DNA from: Vulcanimicrobiota bacterium
Lineage (GTDB): Bacteria; Vulcanimicrobiota; Vulcanimicrobiia; Vulcanimicrobiales; Vulcanimicrobiaceae
Length of the DNA: 49,239 nucleotides
Direction of reading: 5' to 3'
Assembly (NCBI GenBank): GCA_003135555.1
Contig: PLCF01000006.1
Span: 1-49,239 of the forward strand
The stretch's first letter is position 1. Every line of letters starts with the position of its first letter. Both the position numbers and the translations under genes were made by a program. The notes beneath the pieces were generated by a model. The model was not told where the DNA came from. It saw only the letters and a program-made list of their open reading frames with translations, and made no database searches. Shown piece after piece: positions 1 to 9,191 of the stretch.

Positions 1-828
1 CGCCTGCTCTCGTTCATCCCCTCGAACAACCTCGACGATCCGCCGCTCGTCCCCACCGACGACGATCCGCTGCGGGTCATCCCCGAGCTCGACGAGCTGA
101 TCCCCGACGCGCCGAACAAACCGTACGACATCATCGAAGCGATCGTCGCGGTCGTCGACGACGGCGACTTCTTCGAGATCCAACCGCTGTGGGCCCAGAA
201 CATCGTCATCGGGTTCGGGCGCATCGGCGGACGCAGCGTCGGGATCGTCGCGAACCAGCCCAAGATCCTCGCCGGCGTCCTCGACATCAGCGCGTCGATC
301 AAAGCGGCGCGGTTCGTGCGCTTCTGCGACGCGTTCAACATCCCGCTGCTGACCTTCGTCGACGTCCCCGGCTTCCTCCCGGGAACGAGTCAGGAGTGGG
401 GCGGCATCATCAAGCACGGTGCCAAGCTGCTCTACGCATTCGCCGAAGCGACGGTCCCCAAGGTCACCGTCATCACGCGCAAGGCGTACGGCGGCGCATA
501 CGACGTCATGGCTTCCAAGCATATCCGCGCCGACTTCAACTTCGCCTGGCCGACCGCGGAGATCGCGGTGATGGGGTCGGCGGGCGCGGTGAACATCATC
601 CACCGCCGCGAGATAGCCGACGCCGCCGACCCTGAGGCTAAGGCCGCCGAGCTCGCCGCCGACTACACCGAGCATTTCGCCAACCCGTTCATCGCCGCGC
701 AGCGCGGCTACGTCGACGACGTGATCGAAGCCGGCGAAACGCGGCGCGCCGTCTCCCGGGCGCTCGACGCGCTAGCCAACAAACGCGTCGACCGCCCGCA
801 CCGCAAACACGGCAACATCCCGCTCTGA
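1..828 (+). CDS. pccB: Acyl/propionyl-CoA carboxylase carboxyltransferase (beta) subunit, 5'-truncated by the window edge
   Basis: Frame open from base 1 ([15 protein letters not shown]...); motifs [34 protein letters not shown]-terminal RKHGNIPL. Confidence 0.93.
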   Translation, partial: RLLSFIPSNNLDDPPLVPTDDDPLRVIPELDELIPDAPNKPYDIIEAIVAVVDDGDFFEIQPLWAQNIVIGFGRIGGRSVGIVANQPKILAGVLDISASIKAARFVRFCDAFNIPLLTFVDVPGFLPGTSQEWGGIIKHGAKLLYAFAEATVPKVTVITRKAYGGAYDVMASKHIRADFNFAWPTAEIAVMGSAGAVNIIHRREIADAADPEAKAAELAADYTEHFANPFIAAQRGYVDDVIEAGETRRAVSRALDALANKRVDRPHRKHGNIPL

Positions 829-850
829 TGACCGTTTAGTGGACGCCCCC

Positions 851-1561
851 ATGTCGAGCGTTCAAGATCTCGGCCGCGACATGATGGCCCGGCACGGCTT
901 CATGGGCGTCAACGTGTCGATGTTCGAGCAGGCCGGCCGCGAACAGCTCATCGCGCTGCTGGCTCAAGGACTTCTGCCCGAGTTGAAGCTGCTCGAGTTC
1001 GGCTGCGGGTGCTTGCGCATCGCGTACTGGCTGGTACGATTTCTCGACCCCGGCTGCTACTACGCCCTGGAGCCGGCGCGGCGCCGGGTCGAAATTGGGC
1101 TCGAATGGCTCTTCACGCCGCAAGAACGGGCGATCAAGCAGCCCCGCTTCGACTACAATCCGGATTTCGACTCGTCGGTCTTCGGCGTGCCGTTCGACTT
1201 CTTTCTCGCGCGCTCGATTTGGAGCCACGCGAGCAAACGGCAGATCGAGACGATGCTCGACGCGTTTGTGCGGGATTCAAAGCCGTCGAGCATCTTCTTG
1301 ACGTCGTACTTCCCTGTGGAGCCGGCCGATCCGGACTACCGGAACAGGTTGGCGGTCGAATTCGCCCGACAGCAGCACCAAGGCGACTACCAGGGCGACA
1401 GCTGGGTCGGAACGAGCCACGAGTCCGAAACGCTCGGCGTGGTCCAGCACTCGACGGCCTGGATCCTCGAACGCTGCAGCAGCCGCGGGCTTGCGGTCAC
1501 GGAGCTGCCGGAGATCGATTGCGACGGGCAATCCTGGCTCAGGATCGCGCGCCGGCCTTAG
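851..1561 (+). CDS. Class I SAM-dependent methyltransferase
   Basis: LLEFGCGCLR motif I; FDFFLARSIWSH motif; ATG at 851 chosen (GTG at 839 is an alternative). Confidence 0.8.
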   Translation: MSSVQDLGRDMMARHGFMGVNVSMFEQAGREQLIALLAQGLLPELKLLEFGCGCLRIAYWLVRFLDPGCYYALEPARRRVEIGLEWLFTPQERAIKQPRFDYNPDFDSSVFGVPFDFFLARSIWSHASKRQIETMLDAFVRDSKPSSIFLTSYFPVEPADPDYRNRLAVEFARQQHQGDYQGDSWVGTSHESETLGVVQHSTAWILERCSSRGLAVTELPEIDCDGQSWLRIARRP

Positions 1562-2073
1562 GCCGTCTTGACCGGGCGCCCCAGCTCGAAGGTCGCTTGG
1601 CTCTCGTCCTGCTCGACACGCGGCACCTCGCCGAGCGCGAGCTGCCGGAGCAGCTTCTCGAACGACTCGACACCCAGCGGCACGAGGTAGTCCTCGTAGA
1701 GATCGCGAGGACGCACGCCGGCCGGCACGTCGATGCGCCGTTGGGCCGCGATCGGGCCCGCGTCGACCCGGTCGCACACCCAGAACCAGGTCGTGCCGGT
1801 CTCGGTATCGCCCATCTTGACCGTCCAGTAGACCGCGTCGCGGCCGCGGTGGCGCGGCAGCAGGCTCGGGTGAAAGCAGAGCGTCCCCAGCCGCGGCGCG
1901 TTGTATTCGGCGGCCTTGACGATGCGCTGGACGTTGGCGAGCACGAACAGATCGGCGCCGGGGTCGGTGACGACCGGCACGTCGTAGAGCTCGCACACCG
2001 CGAGCACGCCCTCGTAGATCGAACCGCTGCCCTCGACGCGCAGGCGCAGCCGGCTGGGGTCGGACAATGACAA
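1558..2073 (-). CDS. Stand-alone formyltransferase/10-formyl-THF-binding domain protein
   Basis: FHPSLLPRHRG and DRVDAGP motifs; TTG start at 2073 lies 8 nt after an AAAGGA RBS. Confidence 0.85.
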   Translation of the reverse strand: MSLSDPSRLRLRVEGSGSIYEGVLAVCELYDVPVVTDPGADLFVLANVQRIVKAAEYNAPRLGTLCFHPSLLPRHRGRDAVYWTVKMGDTETGTTWFWVCDRVDAGPIAAQRRIDVPAGVRPRDLYEDYLVPLGVESFEKLLRQLALGEVPRVEQDESQATFELGRPVKTA

Positions 2074-2179
2074 GCTCAGCGTCCTTTCACGTCGCGGCGT
2101 TGACTGATGATTTCCCCATGCCGCCGCCTGAACCCGCTCGGGAGGGTTGTCGGACCGCTTCGGCCGATGATCGGTCCTC

Positions 2180-2956
2180 GTGGCACTTCTGGACGGAAAG
2201 ACCATCCTCGTCACCGGGGTCGCGAACCGCTGGTCGATCGCCAGCGGGATCGTGCGGCAGCTCCATGCCCACGGAGCGCGCCTCATCCTTACCTACCAGG
2301 GCGAGCGGGTCGAGGACGCCGTCCGCGACCACGCCGAGGAGTACGGCGGCGGACCCGTCTTCGAGTGCGACGTCACCAACGACGGCTCGCTGCGCGCGCT
2401 CTCCGAGAACGTCGGCAAGATCGACGGCCTGGTGCACTCGATCGCTTTCGTCAAGAAAGAAGATCTCTCGGGGAAGGTCTACGACACCTCGCGCGACGGC
2501 TTCACCATGGCGATGGACATCAGCGCGTACTCGCTCATCGCCCTGGTCGGACACCTCAAAAACAACCTCAACGACGGCGCGTCGATCATGGCAATGACCT
2601 ACCTGGGCTCGCTGCAAATCGTCCCCAACTACAACATCGCGGGGATCGCCAAGGCGGCCCTCGAGTCGACCGTCCGATATCTCGCCTACGACCTGGGAGA
2701 GCGCGGGATCCGGGTCAACGCGATCTCGGCGGGACCGATCAAGACCGCGTCGTCGCGCCAAGTCGCCGGCTTCTCGGCGATGCCCGCCAAAGTCGGAGCG
2801 GCGTCGCCGCTCAAGCGCAACGTCAGCGCCGACGACGTCGGCAACTGCGCCGTGTATCTGGCCTCGGACCTGTCCACCCAAGTCACCGGCGACGTGCACT
2901 TCGTCGACGCCGGCTACCACGTGATGGGGATGTACCCCGAAGCCGGCCCGGGCTGA
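2180..2956 (+). CDS. fabI: Enoyl-ACP reductase (NADH)
   Basis: GVANRWSIA, LVHSIAF, MDISAYSL, YNIAGIAK, NAISAGPIKT motifs. Confidence 0.95.
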   Translation: MALLDGKTILVTGVANRWSIASGIVRQLHAHGARLILTYQGERVEDAVRDHAEEYGGGPVFECDVTNDGSLRALSENVGKIDGLVHSIAFVKKEDLSGKVYDTSRDGFTMAMDISAYSLIALVGHLKNNLNDGASIMAMTYLGSLQIVPNYNIAGIAKAALESTVRYLAYDLGERGIRVNAISAGPIKTASSRQVAGFSAMPAKVGAASPLKRNVSADDVGNCAVYLASDLSTQVTGDVHFVDAGYHVMGMYPEAGPG

Positions 2957-3156
2957 TGCGCGAGCCGGCGGCCGACGAGCTCGCCGCGATCACCGCGACG
3001 TATGCCCTTCTGGCCGGTCTCCCCGAGGCGCCGCCGGCCGGCGCGGTGTCGCGTTGGCGTTTGGCCGGGCGCGCGTACGCGCAGCACGAACGCTTGGCGG
3101 CGCGGGCCGCGTCGCGCTGGAAGGCCGCCGCGCGATCGTCCAATGATCGCGTCTGA
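2956..3156 (+). CDS. Putative acyl-CoA carboxylase epsilon-like small subunit
   Basis: 66 aa MREPAADELAAITATYALL...AVSRWRLAGR; ELAA helix, Pro linker, SxWR..GR pattern; TGATG coupling to fabI; lies between carboxylase genes. Confidence 0.6.
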   Translation: MREPAADELAAITATYALLAGLPEAPPAGAVSRWRLAGRAYAQHERLAARAASRWKAAARSSNDRV

Positions 3157-3892
3157 AGAGCTCTATCTCGATCTCATCGCGCGCACGCTGACGGGTATGC
3201 TCTATGAGGATCCCAGCGTCGGTCCGTGGCCCGAGCGGAATTTCGATACCGACTTGCGCGAGCACGGCCGCGATTGGCCCAGTCGGGCGCAGACGATGGT
3301 CGGCATGAAGCGGCTCGCCAACGTCAGGCTCTGTGCCGAGAGTGTCATCCGAGACGAGGTCGCGGGGGATTTCATCGAGACGGGCGTATGGCGGGGTGGC
3401 GCGGCGATCTTCATGCGGGCGATCCTCAAGGCCCATCGGATAACCGACCGCCTTGTGTGGCTCGCCGACTCATTCCAGGGTCTGCCGCCGCCAAACCCGG
3501 AGGCGTACCCGGCCGATGCCGGCGACATCAATCATACGATGGACGCTCTGGCCGTCTCACTCGAGGAGGTCAAATCCAACTTCAGCCGCTACGGCCTGCT
3601 GGACGAGCAGGTGCGCTTTCTGAAGGGCTGGTTTCGTGACACGTTGCCGGCCGCTCCCGTGGACCGCTTGGCGCTGCTGCGTCTCGACGGAGACATGTAC
3701 GAGTCGACCTGGGACGCGCTGGTGAACCTCTATCCGAAGCTCTCGCCGGGCGGCTACGCCATCGTCGACGACTACGGCGCGGTCCCGGCGTGCCGTCAGG
3801 CCGTCGACGATTTCCGGCGCGCGCAGAACGTCACCGACAAACTCCGGGAGATCGATTGGACCGGCGTGTATTGGCGGCGCTCCTCACCATGA
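3143..3892 (+). CDS. TylF/MycF/NovP-family sugar O-methyltransferase
   Basis: GDFIETGVWRGG, DSFQGLP, KGWFRDTLP, LRLDGDMYEST, IVDDY motifs. Confidence 0.93.
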   Translation: MIASEELYLDLIARTLTGMLYEDPSVGPWPERNFDTDLREHGRDWPSRAQTMVGMKRLANVRLCAESVIRDEVAGDFIETGVWRGGAAIFMRAILKAHRITDRLVWLADSFQGLPPPNPEAYPADAGDINHTMDALAVSLEEVKSNFSRYGLLDEQVRFLKGWFRDTLPAAPVDRLALLRLDGDMYESTWDALVNLYPKLSPGGYAIVDDYGAVPACRQAVDDFRRAQNVTDKLREIDWTGVYWRRSSP

Positions 3893-5697
3893 CCGAGTCT
3901 CCGTTTCGCAAGATCCTCGTCGCCAACCGCGGCGAGATCGCGATCCGCGTCATGCGTAGCGCCAAGGAGCTCGGCTGCGCGACGGTCGCGGTCTATTCCG
4001 ACGCCGATCGCGACGCGCTGCACGTTCGCTATGCCGACGAGGCATACCACCTCGGGCCCGCAGCGCCGGCGCAGTCGTACCTCAACGCCGACAAACTCCT
4101 CGACGCGGCGCAACGCGCCGGCGCCGACGCGATCCATCCGGGTTACGGGTTCTTCGCCGAAAACGCCGACTTCGCGCGGCGCGTCGTCGCCGCCGGCATC
4201 GCCTGGATCGGGCCGCACCCCGATGCCATCGAGGCGATGGGCGACAAGATCCGCTCGCGCCAAGCGATGGTCGCGGCGAACGTGCCGGTCGTACCGGGCG
4301 GCACCGACCCCGTCATCGACGCCGCCGGCGCGCGAGCCGCGGCGGAGAAATACGGCCTGCCGCTCGCACTCAAGGCATCGGGCGGCGGCGGCGGCAAAGG
4401 GCTCAAGATCGCGCGCACCTTCGGCGAGCTCGAGGCTGCGCTGTCGACCGCGCAGCGCGAAGCCGCGGCCTACTTCGGCAACGCCACGGTTTACGCGGAG
4501 CGCTATCTCGAAAACCCCAAACACGTCGAGCTGCAGATCCTCGCCGACAAGCACGGCAACGTGCTGCACGTCGGCGAACGCGACTGCTCGCTGCAGCGCC
4601 GTCACCAGAAGCTGTGGGAAGAAGCACCGGCCCGCATCCCCGAACGAATCCGCGGCGACTTGCGCGCGGCCGGCCTGCAGGCCGCGCGCGCGATCGGGTA
4701 CGACTCGGTGGGGACGATCGAATTCCTCGTGAGTAGCGACGCCTTCTATTTCCTGGAGATGAACACCCGGATCCAGGTCGAGCACACCGTTTCCGAGGCG
4801 ATCACCGGGATCGATCTCGTACGCGAGCAGATCCTCGTCGCCGCGGGACGCGAGCTTGGCTTTGGCCAGGACGACATCACGTTTGGGGGCCACGCCATCG
4901 AGGTGCGCGTCAACGCCGAGGATCCCGCGCAGAACTTCCGGCCTGCGCCCGGCATCGTAGACCGCTACCGCGAGCCCGGCGGCTTCGGGGTGCGCGTCGA
5001 CTCGGCCGCGTACCCAGGGTTCGAGATCACGGCCGACTACGATTCGATGATCGCCAAATTGATCGTGTGGGGACGCGACCGCGACGAAGCGCTGGCCCGG
5101 CTCGGCCGCGCCATCGACGAGTACGAGATCGGCGGCGTGCCGACGACGCTGGGGCTGCTGCGTGCGCTCATCGACTTCGCTCCGGTGCGCGACGCGTCGT
5201 TCGGCACCGCGACCCTCGAACCGTTTGCGGCGGAGATGGCCCTGCTACCGCAGGCCCAAGTGTCGCAGTCCGACGGCGTCACGCCCCGGACTCCTCGGGC
5301 GCGGACGGCCGATGCCGGCGGTGACGAGACGCTGCGCGTCGAGGTGAACGGCCGTCTCTTCCACGTGCGCTTCGTCGATCTGCCCCTGCCCCACGGCGCC
5401 GCGGCGCGCAGCGCCGCGGCGCGCAGCGCCGGCACTCCGGCGCCCAAGAAGGGCGGCACCACGCGCAAGTCGGCGGCGGCCGCCGGTAACGACGTGCTTT
5501 CGCCGATGCACGGCGTTGTCGTCGAAACCCCGCTCGCGCAGGGCAGCGCCGTCGCCGCGGGCGATGTCGTGGCGGTCATCGAGGCGATGAAGATGATGAA
5601 CGAGGTCCGTGCCCACAAGGCCGGGGCGATCGTGCGCGTTCACGTCGCGCCGGGGGCGACGGTGGAGGCGCGCACGCCCTTGGTGACGATCGAGTGA
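3889..5697 (+). CDS. Acyl-CoA carboxylase alpha subunit (biotin carboxylase fused to biotin carboxyl carrier)
   Basis: KILVANRGEIA, HPGYGF, GGGGKG, RDCSLQRRHQK, EMNTRIQVEH, C-terminal EAMKMM biotinylation motif; ATGA overlap with upstream gene. Confidence 0.95.
   Translation: MTESPFRKILVANRGEIAIRVMRSAKELGCATVAVYSDADRDALHVRYADEAYHLGPAAPAQSYLNADKLLDAAQRAGADAIHPGYGFFAENADFARRVVAAGIAWIGPHPDAIEAMGDKIRSRQAMVAANVPVVPGGTDPVIDAAGARAAAEKYGLPLALKASGGGGGKGLKIARTFGELEAALSTAQREAAAYFGNATVYAERYLENPKHVELQILADKHGNVLHVGERDCSLQRRHQKLWEEAPARIPERIRGDLRAAGLQAARAIGYDSVGTIEFLVSSDAFYFLEMNTRIQVEHTVSEAITGIDLVREQILVAAGRELGFGQDDITFGGHAIEVRVNAEDPAQNFRPAPGIVDRYREPGGFGVRVDSAAYPGFEITADYDSMIAKLIVWGRDRDEALARLGRAIDEYEIGGVPTTLGLLRALIDFAPVRDASFGTATLEPFAAEMALLPQAQVSQSDGVTPRTPRARTADAGGDETLRVEVNGRLFHVRFVDLPLPHGAAARSAAARSAGTPAPKKGGTTRKSAAAAGNDVLSPMHGVVVETPLAQGSAVAAGDVVAVIEAMKMMNEVRAHKAGAIVRVHVAPGATVEARTPLVTIE
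5398..5427 (+). repeat. 15-bp tandem duplication (gccgcggcgcgcagc x2) in the carboxylase linker
   Basis: Two exact adjacent copies within the Ala-rich AARSAAARSA linker. Confidence 0.8.
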
Positions 5698-6104
5698 GAC
5701 GCAGCCGGCGCATCGCCGCCCTTCGCGTCGCTCTCGCGATCGGGTTTCTGATCGACGCGGTCGTCGGGATCGTCTCGGTGCTTGCGCCGGCGCTGCTGCA
5801 GCCGTTGTTCGACGTCCCGGTGAAGGATGCGATGACCGCGCAGATCGCCGGCGGCGAGTTCATCGTGATGGCGTTGGTCTACGCCGTCGCGTTTCGCGAT
5901 CCCGTGCGGTTCCGCGCGCTGCTGTGGCTGTGCGCGCTCGACCAGCTCTTCGCGGTCGTGCTGCCGGCCTTGGGCATCGCGCACGGCGCGCTCCCGCGTA
6001 GCTGGAAGATCGTCGCGCCGATCCCCTTCCAGGCGCTCCTAGCGCTCTTCTTCCTCGCGAACGCGCTGCGGCGGTCCAAAGGCGCGCTCCAGGCGCGCCT
6101 TTGA
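5694..6104 (+). CDS. Hypothetical membrane protein (about 4 TM helices)
   Basis: Four hydrophobic segments; 4-bp overlaps with both neighbours. Confidence 0.75.
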   Translation: MRRSRRIAALRVALAIGFLIDAVVGIVSVLAPALLQPLFDVPVKDAMTAQIAGGEFIVMALVYAVAFRDPVRFRALLWLCALDQLFAVVLPALGIAHGALPRSWKIVAPIPFQALLALFFLANALRRSKGALQARL

Positions 6105-8101
6105 CCGTGGCCCTCGAGCGCAAGCCTGACCTCTCGGTGGTCGTGGTGGTCTACAACATGGCCCGCGAAGTGCGCCGTACACTGCAATCGCTGTCCGCCG
6201 GTTACCAGCGCCATATCGACTCCGACGACTACGAGGTGATCGTGGTCGACAACGGTTCGGACGTTCCGTTCGAGCCGGCGCTCGACGGGCTGGACGGCAA
6301 TTTCCGCGTCATCCGGATCGAACCCGGTACGCCTTCACCGGCGCACGCCATCAATCGCGGCCTAAGCGAAGCCCGGGGCGACGTTATCGGGGTGATGATC
6401 GACGGCGCTCGGATCGCTACCCCGGGCCTGCTCCACTTCGCTCGTCACGGCGCGCGACTGTATGACAAGGCGGTCGTTGCGACGCTCGGATGGTATGTGG
6501 GTCACGATCTTCAAGTGTGGTCTCAGCGCGGAGGCATCGATCAGGTCCGGGAGGATGCGTTGCTCGAGTCGATCGGCTGGCCGAACGACGGCTATCGCCT
6601 CTTCGAGATCGGCACGATGGACGAATCCTCCGTAGACGGCTGGTTCCAGCCCATCGCCGAATCGAACGCTTTGTTCTTGCGCCGCGAGTTGTGGCAGCTG
6701 CTCGGAGGCGTGGAGGAGCGATTCGACGCTCCAGGCGGCGGCCTGCTGAGCCTCGACACGTTTTCACGCCTTCTCGAATGGCCCGATGCGGAGCTCGTGA
6801 TTCTGTTGGGCGAAGCCACGTTTCATCAGTTGCACGGTGGGACCAACACCAACGCGTCGCCCGAAGGCCAGCGCGAAAACTGGGTTCGCTGGTCCCGCGA
6901 ATACGCGGAGATCCGCGGAAAGACGTGGGCCATCTCGCGGCCGCAGCACGCGCCGACGTATATCGGGACGTTGCCGCGGCCGGCCCTTGCCCGGCTGACT
7001 CGCGCCGCCACCCATCCGCTTCGCCGCGGCTTCGAGGGCCCGCTGGGGGCAGGGTTCGACACGGACATTTGGCGTCGTACGGCGGCGCCTCGGTCGGGCG
7101 ATACAACTCTCGCCGCCCTCGTCGACCTCGCAACACACGAATTTCGCGCGGGCCGCGTCGAGGCGAGCTGCGGGGTTGCGCGATTGGCGCGCGAACGATT
7201 CCCCGACGACGACGGCATCGCCGGTGTGCTGGCTCTGGTCGCGGCGAGCGTCGCCGCCGGCGGGCCGGACGATGCGCACCGTGCCGAGTATCATCTCGCG
7301 CTCGGCGAGGCGCACCGCCGTCTGGGCGAGAGCGAGCCGGCGGCCGCACATTTCCGGGCCGCGCTGACCCTCAATGGAAACGCCGTGGAGGCCTATCTCG
7401 GTTTGGCCTACTTGCGGATGCCGGGAGACGGCTATTTGGTTTGGCTCGACCGGCTGTACCGCCGGTTCGCGCCCGAAACGGTGATCGAGATCGGCGTCTA
7501 CGAGGGCAGCTCGCTCGCACTCGCGCGACCGCCTACCGTTGCGATCGGGGTCGACCCGAATCCGATCGTGGCGACGCCTCTCTCGGCCGAGACGCACCTC
7601 TTCGCGCAGACGAGCGACGAGTTCTTCGCCGGCCGGCACGCCCAAACCGTGCTTGCAGGTCGCCCGGTGTCCGTCGCCTTCATCGACGGCTTGCACCTCT
7701 TCGAGCAGGCACTGAAAGACTTCATCGGCCTCGAGGCACTGTGCGGACCCCGTTCGGTGCTCTTGCTGCACGACACCGTTCCGCTGGATGAAGCGACCCA
7801 GACCCGAGCGCAGGCGACGCAGTTTCATACGGGCGACGTCTGGAAGGTCGTGCTCTGCCTCAAACACTACCGTCCCGAGCTCGAGATCTTTACCATCGCG
7901 ACGGCGCCGACCGGTCTTACGGTCGTGACCGGCCTCGATCCGGCGTCGCGCGTGCTTTCGGAGCGCTACGACGAGGCAGTCGCGCGGTTCGTCGACGTGC
8001 CGTTTGCGACGATCGAGGGCAATCTCGAAACCGCTTTGAACATCGTTCCGAACGAATGGGAGACCGTTCGATCGCGCCTCGAACAACAGGGAGTCATATG
8101 A
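6101..8101 (+). CDS. GT2-like glycosyltransferase / TPR / class I methyltransferase fusion
   Basis: N-terminal SVVVVVYN...EVIVVDNGS...MIDG; central TPR-like AEYHLALGEAH...AAAHFRAAL; C-terminal IEIGVYEG, AFIDGLHLFEQ, LLHD. Confidence 0.85.
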   Translation: MTVALERKPDLSVVVVVYNMAREVRRTLQSLSAGYQRHIDSDDYEVIVVDNGSDVPFEPALDGLDGNFRVIRIEPGTPSPAHAINRGLSEARGDVIGVMIDGARIATPGLLHFARHGARLYDKAVVATLGWYVGHDLQVWSQRGGIDQVREDALLESIGWPNDGYRLFEIGTMDESSVDGWFQPIAESNALFLRRELWQLLGGVEERFDAPGGGLLSLDTFSRLLEWPDAELVILLGEATFHQLHGGTNTNASPEGQRENWVRWSREYAEIRGKTWAISRPQHAPTYIGTLPRPALARLTRAATHPLRRGFEGPLGAGFDTDIWRRTAAPRSGDTTLAALVDLATHEFRAGRVEASCGVARLARERFPDDDGIAGVLALVAASVAAGGPDDAHRAEYHLALGEAHRRLGESEPAAAHFRAALTLNGNAVEAYLGLAYLRMPGDGYLVWLDRLYRRFAPETVIEIGVYEGSSLALARPPTVAIGVDPNPIVATPLSAETHLFAQTSDEFFAGRHAQTVLAGRPVSVAFIDGLHLFEQALKDFIGLEALCGPRSVLLLHDTVPLDEATQTRAQATQFHTGDVWKVVLCLKHYRPELEIFTIATAPTGLTVVTGLDPASRVLSERYDEAVARFVDVPFATIEGNLETALNIVPNEWETVRSRLEQQGVI

Positions 8102-8796
8102 GCGCACCGATCGGCAAACAGCGTGTCGACCGCGATCAGCCCGCGTTGTCGGCCCACGACGCGGCCGCCGTTCGCGCGTTTCACGAACTGTACTACGGGC
8201 GCTGGCAGGACGGCGCGGACACGATCACGTGCACCTGGTTCGGCCACGAAACACTGAAATGCCCGCTCGACATGTGGATCTATCAGGAGTTGTTGGTCGG
8301 CACGCGCCCGGACGTCGTGGTCGAAACCGGCACCTGGCGTGGCGGCAGCGCGCTGTACCTGGCAATGATCCTCGATCAGATCGGCCACGGCCGCGTGATC
8401 ACGATCGATACCCAAGCACAACCGGATCGGCCCGAACACCCGCGGCTGCGCTATCTCAAGGGGTCGAGTGCCGACGCGGCCGTCGTCGCCCAAGTTCGGC
8501 ACTCCGTCGCCGCTGGTAGAGCGATGGTGATACTGGATTCCGATCACCGCGCCGACCATGTCTACGCCGAGCTCGTCGCCTATAGCCCGCTCGTCCAAGC
8601 CGGCGACTACCTCGTCGTCGAGGACACCAACGTGAACGGACATCCGGCCTATCCTGAATTCGGGCCCGGACCGATGGAAGCGCTCGACAGATTTCTGGCC
8701 GAGAACGGGGCGTTTGAAATCGACGCCCGCTGCGAGCGATTCCTGATGACCCTCAACCCGCGCGGGTACCTGCGGCGCAAGCTCGCGCCGCCGTGA
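8098..8796 (+). CDS. CmcI/rhamnosyl O-methyltransferase (cephalosporin hydroxylase family)
   Basis: KCPLDMWIYQE, PDVVVETGTWRGGSA, VILDSDH, YLVVEDT motifs. Confidence 0.9.
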   Translation: MSAPIGKQRVDRDQPALSAHDAAAVRAFHELYYGRWQDGADTITCTWFGHETLKCPLDMWIYQELLVGTRPDVVVETGTWRGGSALYLAMILDQIGHGRVITIDTQAQPDRPEHPRLRYLKGSSADAAVVAQVRHSVAAGRAMVILDSDHRADHVYAELVAYSPLVQAGDYLVVEDTNVNGHPAYPEFGPGPMEALDRFLAENGAFEIDARCERFLMTLNPRGYLRRKLAPP

Positions 8797-9095
8797 CCTC
8801 CGTAAAGACGGGCGCCGTACCGATCATGCGTCCGAAGCTTCCGTCGGCCGCACGGCTCGCTCCCTATTTGAGGGCTATCGATTCGTCGAGGGTGTACAGC
8901 AATTTTGGACCGCTGGCAGTCGAGTTCGAAAAGCGGTTGGCCGCCCGCTATGGACTATTCGGCGCGAGCGTCACGACGGTCGCGAATGCGACCCTTGGGC
9001 TGACGTTGGCGCTCACCGCGCAGGGCGTGCGCGCGGGAACGCTGTGTGCGATACCTGCCTGGACCTTCGTCGCATCGGCGCTCGCAAATTCCTGA
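8793..9095 (+). pseudogene. Truncated DegT/DnrJ/EryC1 sugar aminotransferase (N-terminal 100 aa only)
   Basis: YSNFGPLAVEFE, VANATLGL, PAWTFVASA motifs, then a stop; family members are much longer and the PLP-lysine region is absent. Confidence 0.8.
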
Positions 9096-9191
9096 AGAGC
9101 AGCACGCGGTAGTCTTGCACGATCGAGGGCAGTCTGCCCCACCTGCGAGCGCTCGCGAGGGCTCCGGGGAGCGGGCAAGAAGCTGGCGCGC

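Noticed and set aside
3143..8796. Macrolide or cephalosporin biosynthesis cluster (TylF, CmcI family names)
   Set aside because: No PKS/NRPS or beta-lactam genes; these families commonly methylate surface sugars
9093..9095. TGA ending the DegT fragment as a Sec/readthrough codon
   Set aside because: Not at a conserved Cys, and the frame closes again within a few codons with no DegT-like sequence
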